Assembly (NCBI GenBank): GCA_046563655.1
Contig: CM102290.1
Coordinates: 5,518,001 to 5,582,000, forward strand
Direction of reading: 5' to 3'
DNA: 64,000 bases
Source of the DNA: Yuukianura sp. NJ FZ-2021
Lineage: Eukaryota
Under the pieces are notes generated by a model. It did no database searches, had not been told where the DNA came from, and saw only the letters and a list, made by a program, of their open reading frames with translations. Every line of letters starts with the position of its first letter. Positions within the stretch are counted from its first letter, which is position 1. The translations under genes and the position numbers were made by a program. Below, piece after piece: positions 25,338 to 39,382 of this stretch.

Positions 25338-26227
25338 TTATTTTCCATGGATGATGCGGCGAGCGGCTCCGGGATTCGTTCCGGCTTGAGTGGCTCCCTT
25401 GTTTTGACCTTCAACAAAAAAAGTTAGTTAATTGAAATTAAAGTTAGGTTAATTACAATTGAAATTAAGTTAACTATGTTGGTTATTAAATTGAGTTAAT
25501 CAGCGTACCAGCTTGGAGGCCAATGACAGCCTTCCCTTGTTGAATTACTTCATCCGAGAACTCTCGGACGTTTTCCTCGGCAGGGCGTGGGCCTAGCCAA
25601 GGTCCGCTCCACTCTGGGTGTTTGTAAGACTAACGAAATTTTATGCAATTAATTAATTTATATTTGAATTAATTAATTTATATTAATTATTTAATGTTAC
25701 GGTTCGTCCTAAAGCAAAGAGACAAGTAGTGACAGTCGCAATGTCCTTCTTTTCCCACAAGTCACAGGTTTGGAAGACGTCGATTTTGGGAACTCCGTAT
25801 TCTTGAATTGCCTTCTGGAAGCTGCACAAAAGTTTAGAAATTTTGAAAAACTCTTCAAAATTTTTTCAAAATTTCAAAAAAAGAACTTGTAATTTTTTTT
25901 TCAGAAAAACTGACTTGTTGATGTTCTCCATCATCTTGAACTGGCCACCTCCGGCTGGGTTGATCTTGGGCACAGCGCCTGGCTTCAGTTTGTTGATGAC
26001 TCTACATAGCAAAACGCCATCTTGCAACGCATCTTCGTAAGCCAAAGCCGCTGGAATCTTTTCGCCCAGAATGCTCTCGATCCACTCTCGAGCTTCCTGT
26101 TCCTCCGCTGGGTTTCGCTTACCCTCAATCTAACAAATACAATCAACATTTAGTTAACTTCAATTTCAATTAACTCCAATCTTAGTTTATTTCTCACCTT
26201 AGCGCGAACTTGTCTTTCGAGAGCCAT
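25338..26227 (-). CDS. Mp20: Muscle-specific protein 20 (calponin/transgelin family), 5 exons
   Basis: Exons 26198-26227, 25915-26129, 25701-25821, 25509-25629, 25338-25408. MALERQVRAKIEGKRNP..., CH domain LQDGVLLCRVINKL, FKMMENINNFQKA, DVFQTCDLWEKKD, calponin repeat IGLQAGQNKGATQAG. Confidence 0.95.
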
Positions 26228-26300
26228 TGGAATCCAGAAGGAGGAAGAGCACAGTGGGCAGATTGTGCAAAAGTGGGCCAGAGTCGGTGGGACGCCGTGG

Positions 26301-26307
26301 TTTTATA
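26301..26307 (-). promoter_or_regulatory. TATA box of Mp20
   Basis: GGGTATAAAACC on the minus strand, ~75 bp upstream of the ATG. Confidence 0.65.
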
Positions 26308-27290
26308 CCCACCGTGTGTCACACATGGCTCTTCCGCCTTTGCTTCCATACCGAATCATCCACATACCGAACCAAATCTCGAACATTCGAAATTTTGAAA
26401 AAAAACGCCCACACGCCTCCTCTTAAAGCAATTTCTAAAATTATCTTTTTGTAATAAAGTGGAGTCAGGCGAAAACCATTTTTTTAAACAAAAGTTGGCA
26501 AAAAGTTCACCCCTGCATCTAGATTCTCCAATCCTTAAAATCTACACTTTTAATTTTTATTAAAAAAGCTGTTGTATAAAGTTCGTCTGTCTCTCTGTCT
26601 CCATTGACTCACTTAATCAATTACAAGCTTCAAAAAAGTTCAAGCATTAATGTTTTTTTTTGGAAAAAGTATAAAACCTGAACCCAATTTTATTATTTTT
26701 ATTTTGGGGAAATCTCGAGTTGAAATGAGTTTAAAAAAACATTTAAAGAAATCTATTCGCTACTTAGAAACTTCCGTTTTTTTTTTCGTTTTTGAACTTT
26801 TTTTTTGAAGTGGAGCCTTGAACTAGTATATTTTGGTTTTTAGAAAAGTGACGTGACCGAATTACGGACGTGAATTGAATCAAAGCGGAACGAAGGCTGC
26901 GACACTCTTTTTCAAATTACTTTCTCACCTGTCAAGTGTCACGCAAAAAAAAAAAAACTACACTGCCAAAATTTCTAAAAGAAAACGAAAAAGGGAGCTT
27001 TATTGCTTTACCCCAAAAATTTTTTAGCGAAATTCTTCCTTTTTAAACTGAATCGAAGGTCAGAGGTCAGCTTCTGACTGTAATAATAGAAAAACTCACA
27101 AATCAACGTTTAGTTGAATAAATAAACAAATCAATTTATCACAGAAGCAGCGAGTCAAAAAAATTTAAAAAAAAAAAAGAGCGAGAGAAAAAAAAAGAAA
27201 GTGCTTACACCAGGCCTCGAAGGCCATGTTCATGGTTTTTTTTTTATAAAATTCAAAAAGTTTCAATTTTTCAATTTCCCACAAATTAGG

Positions 27291-28097
27291 AAGATGCACT
27301 TTAGTGAATTTGTTAGCCTAATCCTGACTTTATCTAAAAGTCCTGCTGTAGAAAGTTCGAAGGTGTGATGGTATTTCAGAAAAACAATATTTTGAAATTT
27401 TTAAAATTTCCATAAAAAAGGAAAATACACTTTAGTGAATTTGTTAGCCTAATCCTGACTTCTTCCAAAAGTCCTTCTGTAGAAAGTTAGAAGGTGTGAT
27501 GATGTTTTTAAAAATGAATATTTTGAAATTTTTTAAATTTCCATAAAAAAGGAAAATGCACTTTAGTGAATTTGTTAGCCTAATTCTGACTTTTTCCAAA
27601 AGTCCTTCTGTAGAAAGTTAGAAGGTGTGATGCTGTTTTTAGAAATCAATATTTTGGAATTTTTTAAATTTCCATAAAAAAGGAAAATGCACTTTAGTGA
27701 ATTTGTTAGCCTAATTCTGACTTTTTCCAAAAGTCCTTCTGTAGAAAGTTAGAAGGTGTGATGGTGTTTTTAAAAATGAATATTTTGGAATTTTTTAAAT
27801 TTTCATAAAAAAGGAAAATGCAAGTTAGTGAATTTGTTAGCCTAATCCTGACTTTATCTAAAAGTCTTGCTGTAGAAAGTTCGAAGGTGTGATGGTATTT
27901 CAGAAAAACAATATTTTGAAATTTTTAAAATTTCCATAAAAAAGCAAAATAGACTTTAGTGAATTTGTTAGCCTAATCCTGACTTCTTCCAAAAGTCCTT
28001 CTGTAGAAAGTTAGAAGGTGTGATGATGTTTTAAAAAAACAATATTTTGGAAAATTTCAACTTTTCATGAATAAGGAAAATACACTTTAGTGAATTT
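27291..28097. repeat. 131-bp minisatellite, ~6 copies, with higher-order structure
   Basis: TTAGTGAATTT recurs at 27301, 27432, 27563, 27694, 27825, 27956 and 28087. Confidence 0.95.
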
Positions 28098-28710
28098 TCT
28101 TTTGAAATATAAATTACTTCAAAAAACAGTAGGAAAATCACAAAAACGGGCAGAATTTCTGTCCGAAAACCGCGAATTTTGGAGATTTTTGAAGTACGGA
28201 GCTAAAGTCGTAGTTGACGCTTAGAAATGAAATAGGAGAGTAAACTGGATTAAAATATATCATAATTATATGAATATGTATTTATTTACTTTGCTAAATA
28301 CTGATCTGTACAAAAGTTGTTCAAGTGCCTAGTAAGTAAATACTTACTATATCTTAGGTTGACCACTCTAAAATGGTTCATAATTAGTTCATATATGAAT
28401 TTCTTGAGTTAATTAGTTAAGTTCTAAATCTCGGTTGTGTCTAGGAGTAAGTCTAAGTCTACTGGATATAAGAATGTTAAGGAGGCGTGTCCATCTCAAC
28501 CAGGAGTCTTGAGTTAAAAAAGAAAAGTAAATAGTTGTCACAGAGTAGTTAGCTTGCCATTAAGTCCGTGACTCTCAGTTCCGACGTGGACACGTCTCCT
28601 TGATGTAGTTAGAGAATAGATTTATAGTCAAAGTAAGAGTAGAAGCGGAAGCTGACATGAAGGGAACGTGGAGTTTAGCTGGAGGGAAGTTTTAGCAGGA
28701 ACTCCATCTT

Positions 28711-31700
28711 TTAGTCCTTGACCAATTTGTAGATGTGGTGCTGAGCTCCGTGGTCAGACGAGGACACTTCAAACACGAATGCAATGCACAGCAACGTCTC
28801 CTGCGTCTCCCGATTTGTCACAACCTAAAACCACAAACCAAATTTTCAAATTCCGCACTCAATCTCACTTTCTTAGTTTTTGGCAAGTACCTGCAAAATT
28901 GTAAAGTTCTCCAAGACGCTGTTCATCATGTACTTCTCCGGTAGGTGCTTGAGTTTGTGGATAAAGTTGACCATGTACTCACACATCGCTGATCGCTGAA
29001 TTCTGTAGACGAACCGCCCATTCTCGAACCGTGAATATTCCGTCTCCACTTTCTCAACCACTTGTTTCCCAAAGGAGCAGACTTTTGTGGAACATGTGAT
29101 TGTCATATTCTCCGCACTTTCGTACCTGAAAAATCAAAACAGTATTAATCTCCATGACAACTTCATAATCTCCATGGCAACCCTTGAATCAAACACTCAC
29201 TGGCTCGTAACGGCGTAGAAGGACCGTGATTCGTCCCGGATATTGGAGTCGAGATTGAGATCTGCCCAGAACTTGACGAGGAAGAAGGCATTTTGAGGTC
29301 CTTTTTCATACATCTCCTTCAGTCCGCCCTTCTTCTCTGGGAATTTGTCATAGATTTGGCGAATATCCACTGACTGTCACCACAAAACACAAAAAACACT
29401 CAGCACTTCCTCGATTTTGTTTTTCTTCTGAGTTTACTCACCTCTAGCACGGGGTCCGAGTAAGCGGGCGGTCCGATATGCACAAACAAATGCTTATGAT
29501 ACTGAAAAGTCACAAACAAAATCCAAATCAACAACTTCTCACTCATTAAAGTGAGTCAGAGGTCAATGACCTGAGGTCAAGAGGTCACTCACTGTGTCAG
29601 GATCCTGTTGAAGATCCATGAAAGCTGAGAACTCGACAAGGCAAAGCTTGTTTGTGGCAATGGCTCTTCCCTCCCATGCTGGAGGTTGTGATGAAGAAAT
29701 GGCGCTCGTCTCCGACACTCCGTTTCCAACAGAATGTGATTTACCACCATTCCCACCGTAAAGAGGCTGAGAAAACGGTTTCACGCTGCAAAAAACAAAA
29801 ACAAAATTCAAAAATTCAAATTGTAGGTTTAAAATTCATTCCCTCCAAAATTTAAAACTTACTCTGCTGGTGCTTGGAGTCCCGTTGACCAAAACTAAAA
29901 CCAAAAAATAACTTTAAGACATGGACTTTGTGTTTCCGTACTAAAAGTCATACCGTGCTAACCGGAGTTGTTGCGTATGGGACGGGTGTGGCGAGACCCA
30001 CGGACAGAGCCGACAGGCCGGAGGCTTTGTTCAAAGCGTTTGAGGATACGATTTGTGCACTGGACATGGAGGACATCGTCTGCAAAGTTTTGTGCGGATC
30101 TTTGGTTTGTTGATCTTGATTCTGAAACACAAAGAACAAATCAATTTAGTCGCTTTTAAATCCAGTGACCTTCCTCAACTCCCCAGTCACGAACTTCTCA
30201 ACTCTCAAATTAAATGTTCCTGCTATACCTCCTTCCACTTTCATTCACAATCCACCATTACACATAGTTACTCCCGCCAAAACACTCAAAATCCAACTTA
30301 CTTTGATTTTGGCTTGAATCTCCCTCATTCTCCTCCTCGCAAGCACCTGGATGTGGGAGCTTACTTGTTTTCTTGTTCTCGTCTTTCCTGTACGCAACTT
30401 TATGTACCTCGCTATCAGCTCGTTCCGACCTAAAAATCAAATCAAATCAAAATCAAAATTTCAAAAAAATTGAAAAATTCAAAAAAATTTAAAAAAAAGT
30501 TTAAGAAATCAGCGCTGCTGGTTGTTAAGATGAAAATCCAGGATTTACGAATAAAAAGGCCCGGTATCTGGGTAGCTCAACGGTGAAAGCGATTACTACC
30601 CCGAAACGGTAAGATGTGAAGTACGAATCCCACTCCAGCCACTTATTTTTTTCCTCTCTTTCTTACAATATACAGTGAGTGCATACCAACTGTGCATCAA
30701 ATTCACTGTTACTTTCGTTTATCCCGCTCAAAGTGCAAAATTGGACTAAAATTGTTCCAGCCCCAAGCGCCTACCCTTGAACCCCACCATCGTCATCCCC
30801 ACCAGCTATGTTGACTAATTAAGAATTCCGCCAAAGAATGTTGGAATTTTCGTCACCATTGGCATCATGCATGGTTGGTTACATACAGAACAGAATCTTG
30901 ACATGACGAAATATTCGCAATCCCATTTCCATCTCTGTCTTTTGCAAAAAAACATTCCTCTCAAAACCACTCTTAACTTAATTTGCTCTTTCCATAAGAA
31001 AACCCGGAACTTCTCAATTCAATTTCTGCGTTACCCGGCAACATCAAGCCCTTCACCCGCAAAAACCAACTTTTTGTGCCCAATTCCCCTCAACAACAAA
31101 AAACGGCTCGTTAAAGCCCAATTATTTTTCAAAGGCTGCACCTCCGCTCTTCTTTTCCAAAATTTCCCCGTTGCCCGGGAGTTTTTGGACCAAAGTGACC
31201 AAAACCCCGGGAGAAGTCCAAAGTTGTGTCAAACGGCTGGAGAATGGGTGGAATGCCATTGTTCCAAGGACATTCTCCTGCTCTGAATTCCTAACTTTGA
31301 ACCTAACTTTGTAGTAGCACACAGACAACTAATGGGACGTAGTAGACTGCCATTCAAAAGTTGTGAAATGCTGCCCGCAACACACGGACTCCAACCCTAA
31401 TGCCCACTAAACCATACCCAGGTGAAATACTTTTCTCCAGTATTCGTCCTTGAGGCTAAGCACATTCCAACTTTCAAATTCCAGAGGAAAGAGGCGCTTT
31501 CCCGCTCTTTATGAAAACTTAAAACTACAATGTCATTAAAGCACCAGTATGAAAATTAAAACAACACATCAACCCTCCATTTCCACCACAGTTCAAAGTT
31601 CCTGTTGCCCATTCTGTTGGTCCTGTTGCCCATTTGACTTGGTATGGCAGAGGGTTAGTTTTTGGAAATAATGGGACGTTGATGGGAACACATTCCTCTC

Positions 31701-32916
31701 ATTTCGATTTTTCTCTTTTCTCATCCGATTTTTCGGAGAGAGAAACCGGGTGCGGACGTGGAAGCGGGAGAAAGGCTATGTCTTTCTAGTACTACAGGGA
31801 GAGTCGATTATTTATAGCAAGACTTCTGGGAGCGTTTGGTTCCGTCGTCGGTTAGGTTTTGCACAAGGGATTTTCTCCACTCCTGATTTGTGGGCAGAGA
31901 GAGAGAGAGAGAGAGAGTGGCCGTGAAAGTGCAGAGAGAATCACTCGGAATCAGCCGGGAAAGCTCATCGCCTCCCCCTTCCCTGTCCTACAGCTCACAG
32001 ACCCCCCCCCCCTTAGAAGAGAGGGGGGGGGGGTCGGGGGAGACAACTATGCCAAGAATGTCCAATTAGTACATGTTCCACCGTGGAACTCCGTAAATGA
32101 AAGTTCCCGGAGAAAAGAGACGAAATGCCCGGTTCGTCCCCCCTCCGCCAAATCCGGGAAATGGATCTCTCGCGTCTCTCTCTGAACCAGCAAATGGGCT
32201 TCAATCCTTCCTTCCAGAACAATACAAATGCAGTTCTAGAGCTACACCCCAAGTAGGCCCAATATGTAAAACCAAACTCACCATACATCTTCCCTTCGTC
32301 GGATAAAATAATCTTTCTGCGTCCACATGGCGGGTAAATGGCTAGAGCCTCTTGGAAACTTTGCTCAATGTCAGGACTCCAAACTCCCTCCGCATCCGAA
32401 GATGACAAATCCTTGTCGTCCTACAACCAAAAACAATCACTCACAAATCATAACATAACCAACATTTAGCACAATTTTTATCGGCGTATACCGCGCACTC
32501 GCGTATAACGCGCACTCAAAAATCATTTCCAACTAAAATAAGGTTAATTTTGCCCGTTTGTGCTAAAAGTAGCACACGCATGTAGTCATGTCAACACCAT
32601 CCACATTTTCTTCGTCCCGCTCCAGGCGGATCAATTAGTCAAATTGGCATTAAATCACCTCTGATCCCGCTCCGAGCGGCTCAAAAAAGCTCGCTCCGAG
32701 TGCCTCACGACTATCATATATGTGCTACTTTTTTACCCGCTCTTTTCCAAAATTCAAATTTCAAAATTAGTTAAGGTGAACTTACGTCGCTGACATCAAG
32801 GCTTCTGTCACTACCCGCTCCTCCGTTGGTGTCCGGAGCGGGTACAGAATTTGGAGTCCAAGGGGAAGACAGTTTGCTGTTTAATAACCACCCCAGCTCA
32901 ACAGATTTTGTGGAAA
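28711..32916 (-). CDS. sd: Scalloped / TEAD transcription factor; start codon not within these exons
   Basis: Exons ~32786-32916, 32282-32420, 30302-30429, 29954-30121, 29863-29894, ~29591-29786, ~29442-29501, ~29201-29373, ~28891-29065, 28711-28824. TEA domain [71 protein letters not shown]-binding domain with RSAMCEYM, ending HHIYKLVKD*. Confidence 0.95.
30568..30652 (+). mobile_element. Diverged tRNA-derived SINE in an sd intron
   Basis: GGTAGCTCAACGGTGAAAGC ... TACGAATCCCACT ... TTATTTTTTT, same layout as the other copies. Confidence 0.55.
32565..32732. mobile_element. ~170-bp MITE-like element in an sd intron
   Basis: Imperfect ~27-bp inverted ends AAAAGTAGCACACGCATGTAGTCATG / CACGACTATCATATATGTGCTACTTTT, with internal CCGCTC repeats. 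Confidence 0.6.
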
Positions 32917-35900
32917 CTAAAAATCAACAGAAACCAGGTTGGAATTAATCAACAAAGGAAAATGACTTCAACCTTTAACTTCGTCATTCAAAGTTCAAAG
33001 AATTGATGACGACGACTTTGAAACTGCACAACCATCAAACTCAAACCAGTTCAAAACGTTCAAAGCCGCTCTCCGTAGGCATCCCGCCAATATCCAAATC
33101 CACAACTTCCATATTACAAATCACTCCTGGGTAGCAATACCCAGACACATTAAAAACTAATCTCTAATCCTCATTCAACCAATTCAATTACTCAACATTT
33201 GATAAAACTATCATCACAAAATTCACTCCTCTCAAAATCTTCCAAAAATGATAAAAACTCAATTCAACCCAAATAAATTCTAATCTTCTCAACTTTTCAG
33301 AAATTAGTGGGGGCACTGAATCAAAAACTAGAAAATCCCTAATTTGTCCAACCTTTTCAAAATCTATTCTCAAAAATATCGTTTTTTAGTTTAAACATGT
33401 TAAGTTTAAATGAATGAAAATTGGGTTTTGGCTGGAAGTGAGAGTGTTGCCAACAATTGCTGCTTAATGCACAATGCACATGTTCTTGGTCTAACTTCAG
33501 CTACATACACATGTGTAATAAGCTAAAATTAACAAGTTCTACGGTCCTCCAAATCCACTTTGTTGTGTCTCTGCCAAAAAAACAAAAGCTCCGGATCAAA
33601 TGACATCCCAACCTTAGCTCAATCCAATCCCCACTTCCAACTTTCCATTCAAACAAAAAAATATTTGAATCAGATCCATCCATTTTCCCAGAATCCATTT
33701 CAAAAATTCATCATAGACTTAAAATTTTAAAATTCTTTACAAAATTTCAAGAAAACAAAAATGAGTGCGTAAAACTGTTAATAAAAATTAAGAACACTTT
33801 GACCTTCCCCCTGTTATTTCTGGATTTAAAAACATCATGTCTCAGTTTTCCCTAGATTTTACACAGTTTCTAACATTTTACAGAGTACATTTTACTTGTC
33901 CTTGCTCAAGATGAAAATGACAAAGTGACTCATAGGGATTTTCCTTGTTTCAAATTGAACCAGTTCCAAAAAATTAAAAAACTATGAACAGGGCACACAA
34001 ATAAAACACTTTTATCACACACGGAGCGAAACAATCAGGGTCATGTTGAACTTAAACACTTCATACACACAAATAATCAAAGAAATTACATTGTCCATTC
34101 AACACTCAACCTCTAAAAATCTCCACCAATCAGCACTCTCCATTTAAAATCTCCACCAATCAACGCCCTGCATTTAAAATCTCCTCCAATCAAAGGTTAC
34201 CTCCACTCTCAACTTATTTGATCAAATTAATAAGTATTTCTCGGTATTTCCCACTGCCCCGGGAAATACTAAAAAGTATGAAATATCGAACTCTGTGACT
34301 AATCACTTTTCTTTTTTACCTTCCACTTTATTTAAATGTCCAATCCATTTTTTAAAAAAGTAGCTCAAAGGTTAAAAATAGTAAGAACACCAGATTATGT
34401 CCAGTTACTTTGCCCGTTTATCTTGTTTATAATTTAACACGTAAACCCCTTTCCCGTTTACTCTAATCTTCAACAACCTCCTCTCTTGTTCTTCCTCCGT
34501 TAAAAAACCCACAGATCCACTCCACATTTACGTCCCACAGCATCTCACACATTACACATCACATCTCAACATTCATTTCTCCGAAGAAAGAAAAAAGTTG
34601 TTTTTTCTTAACTTTTGGCACCAAACCCACTAAAAACCCGCCATATTGACCATCTTTTTTCCTGTAGAAAACTAAAGACTTGTAAGATTAACGTGAGGGG
34701 CTCACTAATTCCCTGAACGTGAGAGTGTCGCTGTGCCTGGAAGTGCGTGGTGATGGAAGTGGAGGTTGGATTGTTTGCATATTTGATTTGTTGTTGGCTC
34801 TGCTGAGACCTTGGGACTCTGACTACCGGTTAGGCTGGGTTGAAGGGCCTCGGGACTTGGAGTCCTTGGAAACACTCACAAAGGGCCCAACCAGTTCTTG
34901 GTCCACCATCATCCAACGGAGGATGGACAGATGCAAGGCGAGGCAGAGATGAACGCGGGAGCAGCGGGAAAAAATAATTGATCTGCCTCCCAGGCTTCCC
35001 TCGCTCATCTCTCCAGTCCCTCCATGTGTGTGCCCCCCCCCCCCTCCAGGGCTAGACCCCCCCCCCATCTCATATCACAGGACTCCATCAGACCATCATC
35101 ATCCAATCTCATGAACCCCTTCATTCACTCCGGACCCAGTTTAATTTCCCATTAATTAAATCTTCATCTGACCCGCTTTCACTCCAAACCCGCTTTCACT
35201 TCCCGCGCATGTCTTCGTCCATTTCCGTCCATGTGGACGTAAAGAGTGGACGGGCAAAGTGAATGGTCGTCCAAGAGTACTCGGGGCAGCGGACTCAGAC
35301 GGATCCTGGAGGGGAGAAGCATTATGGCACCACTACTTACTTTAGTAGGGTCTTTCCCCAGTAATCCCAACTATGCACCACACGTAACACAGACACAACC
35401 CCTTCCGTATTCCACACAAATCACTCAAATTCAGACCCAAAATTATCAAAAACTAAAGCACACCTTAAATTTTGACCCAATTCCGACCTTAAATTTTTAC
35501 CCAAATCAGACCATAAATTTTGGCCCTAAATTATAACTAATTCAGCCCTAGATTATAACTTTAATCAACCTTTAAGTTTTGACCATATTTTGGCCATTTG
35601 GCCAGTTATTATTTTGGCCAGTTTATATCAGTATTTCCGGACCATAAAAACGCGCCAATTTGAAACGCTGGGAAATTAGTGAGGTTAGGAAGGAACAATG
35701 AAGTTGAGGCCTAGGGAAGTAGGTTTAATGGAAGTTGTAAGTGGTTTAGAGTGGAAAGTGGCCGGGGTCTGAGCCCTTATAGGGCCTTGAGTCCCCAGAG
35801 GAGACTTTAGGTAGGTCTTGGCAGGTAGACTCTTGTGGCTCAACATCTTCCGAGATTTGAGAGAGAGACAACAGGTGTGATGCCTGTTGGGAACCGGTTC

Positions 35901-38900
35901 CATCTCTCCTTGGCCACATCTTCCGCCGTCTCTTGTAGAGGCTGCAATGGACCACTCTTCCCTCCGGCCCTAACCGCTAACGACCATCAACAACCCCAAC
36001 CATAAAAAACTCATTTCCCTTTGTCAAGAAAACAACCACTCCAGGCAACAAAATGGACGATCAGGTGAGACAACTCCCCCCTAATACTTTACACAAGTCA
36101 GACGAAAAGTCAGACCCCGCTCAACATCATTCTCCACACTCAAAACCTTACTTTCAACCTAACTAACATCAACTCCTACATTAATCTCTCCAAAAATGAA
36201 AAGATGCAACTCAAAATCCCGTTCCTAAAACAGTTTTTCCGTATGTTTTCTTAGATTTGTTTTCACACAACCTTTTCAATTGAAATTTGATTTCTGAGTC
36301 TCTTTTCTTTCCCTTTCTCCGTTTGAGTTGGAAATGAAGGAGCCTTTAAGTGGAGTGAGTTGGCTGGTAAGTGAATTAAACAAGGACCAAGAGAGCTACT
36401 GGTGTTGAGCATTAAAACACACAAGAGAAAGATCTCGTTGATAGTTTGCCCAAAAAGTCAAGATCACTCTTGCCTCAGCATCCAGTTAGAACATCTCTCC
36501 TCAAACCCCTACGTTCAAGGCACAATTTAATTTTAAACACACTCTCCTTTCTCTCAATTTCACTCCCTAGGACAGGTACTACTCTTTTCCCAGAAAAAAG
36601 TGAGGGCCACACCTTTCTCAATTTAGGTCCCCAGTTCGAATCTCCCTGTCTTCACGCCCAATAAAAAAAGTTGTGTTGGGGAGACTTAAGGTGGTCGTGT
36701 CCAAGGGAACAACATGGCACATGAGTCATAAAGTGGATGAATCTGAGAAAGTGGGGTTTTGAAGACGGTGAAGATTAGTGTAGAGTTCCCTACGAACGAC
36801 GAGGACTGGAAATGATGCTGAGTCAGAAGAAGAAAGACTAAGGTAGTTGTGCTCACATCTTCCAACTACATCCAAAGACAAAAATAAAATCTTCACCATC
36901 TTCCAATCTGAAGAAGAAACAAAAAATAATAAAAGCATAAAGGCCTCCCTCGGCTCCCTCCCCATTGTTACACGGGAGGTTTCAACGTTGAGACTTCTTC
37001 GCCCAAGTCCTTCCGTTCTTCAAAGGCTCACGTTCAAGGTCAGCCTCATGCAGCAGGTTGACCTCCTACACAAAAACCTAACGTTAACCTAATACAACCT
37101 AGCGTGAACCTGATGCTTCTTAACGTTAACCTACTATTGTTAGGCTAAAACCCGTCTGCACAAATTGATAGATTCATTGACAAACCTTGGACCTCAGTTA
37201 ACAATTCCAGTGACTCAGTCCAAGTGAAAGTCCAGTGAAAACGACTTTCTAACGTTTTTGTTTTTGGGAAACAATCGAATTTTTAACCTGGCTAAAAACT
37301 TGGTTTTGTTTTAACCTAAAACTCTTTTTTTTTAACTAAACTGTTGAAAAATGGAGTAGATAGAATGGAAGCGTAAGATGCGAGTAGTAAGCAGAGAGTA
37401 CTTGATGCACGAGATGCCATTATTAGACATTTCGTCTCCTTGGAGCGTAATCCTGTACATCAAAACAGCTCCAGCTGGAAGGAACCAACACAAGACGCTC
37501 GTCCTCAACATCATTTCTGCTTCCACTTTCCAAATGAAAACTTAACTTTTCTAAAACTGTTGCTTTTTAATCAAGAATGGAAGACGAGACGATGATCATC
37601 CTTCCGTTCAATTTGTACCCACTACGTAAATGGACATGTCAAGTTTGGTCAAAAGGCGTCAGTTGTTGATCAGTTAGTCAATGATGATGAGGCTGTAGAC
37701 GGATGAGTCAAAGACTCCATGTCACAACAATATATTTTTATAGACTTAAAGACTCATTAAACTCCTATCGAATTATCACACTTTTCATGAAGTGTCGTCG
37801 ATTCGAGAGAAGAAAGACGCAAGTCTTGAGTTTCATAAAGGAAACAATAAAGCAAAAGAACAATGAGGTCGCGATGAGCCAAGTGACGACGGAGCTTCAA
37901 CTTTTAGATGATGAGTAAGTGAGTTCCAGAAATAACTGCAAGGCCTAAAACACTTTAGCATCAAACTGTACTTGCAATGCAAGTCCTTTGTCTTAAGTAT
38001 GATCCCATTACACTTAAACACTCTGCTAATCAAATGTTACACAAGTGATCTTTGGACTTCCACGGGAATGAAATTATGCTACTAATTGCTCAGTCTCCGA
38101 AACGATTATCTGCGAATCCGAAACGAAACGATTGTCTCTGATCCGCCAATATCATTCATCCAAAACACGGCATTCCCTTAGTACATTCATTTCCATTCAA
38201 TTGTCCACTAAATGTTGGATTATGATCCACGTTAACTATAAATTGTTCAGCGGAAGCTCAGAATGACTTATTAGATTGCTCATGGGACAAGAAAGACTGT
38301 CATTATCAGAGATTATTGGTGGAGCATGGGATCTCATTGCCGGAATGGACAACTTGTGAATGTATTGACACTTATTACTGAATGAGAGAAGTTAACGTGG
38401 ACTCACCTGGAGTAAAGCATGAGAATTCCCTCCCTACTTGCAGTATTATGTCACTCGATCACTTGGAGTTCAATCACTACTGCTGACTTAAGGTTTAGCT
38501 CGTCTCGTCAAGTAGATGAGTGGATGAAGATGTGAGGTTGGGGCTAGTCGGAGTGTCACTGGTCACGTTCATTCCTGGGAGTGGACAGTACTTAATTGAC
38601 CTATGATTAATTGATTAACGGTGATTAATGGTTGGTGGCCAGTGCATGGATACTCTGAGACACTTGACAATTGCACGGTTGGAGGGCGACTGAAAGGTCG
38701 GGATCGGAGATGCACCAGGATCTCCACAGTTGCCGCCACGGCTACTCACTCTACCCACTGGGTGCACAGGAGCAACTATCATGGGCAACAGTAGTTTTGT
38801 TGGGACATAGACTATACATGTCCTTCTCTCGTGAATATAATTTAATTTTAGTCATTTTTCATTTAATTATTTACAAGTTAATTAATTAATACTCAGTATT

Positions 38901-39382
38901 TGTATTAAGGGGACGCAAATTTTTGTTTGTCAAATCGCGATGTTGCTAAGCAATTTTTTGAATTGATGTTAGGCGCCATTTTTGAATTTTGTATCTTTAC
39001 ATTTTGCCACCATGAAACGTCACTTGTCATTCGACAATGGCAATTGCAAAACTAGTTACTAAAAAAAATGGCGTTATGAAAACAACAAATGACAACTAAA
39101 GAAAAAATCAATGAATTAGTTTCTGATTTCAAACTTAATTAAATTCCAAAGTAAGTTAATTTTAGCGTAAATTTGGTAATTTCATATGAGGGGAGATCGA
39201 CTGCTTTTCAATACGATTTGCTGCAAGATTTTTTTAAAAAACACAAGCAAAAATTCCTTGCAGAAAATAGGGACGAACATTTTCTGCAAGCTTTTTTCTT
39301 GCACAGAACGGAGGCGTTGTTATAAAAAGATTGCGGAAAATTGAGACGTTGTTATAAGAAACATGCGGAAAATTCGAGGAAT

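Noticed and set aside
25223..25417. 64-aa minus-strand ORF
   Set aside because: Wrong-frame reading of the last Mp20 exon.
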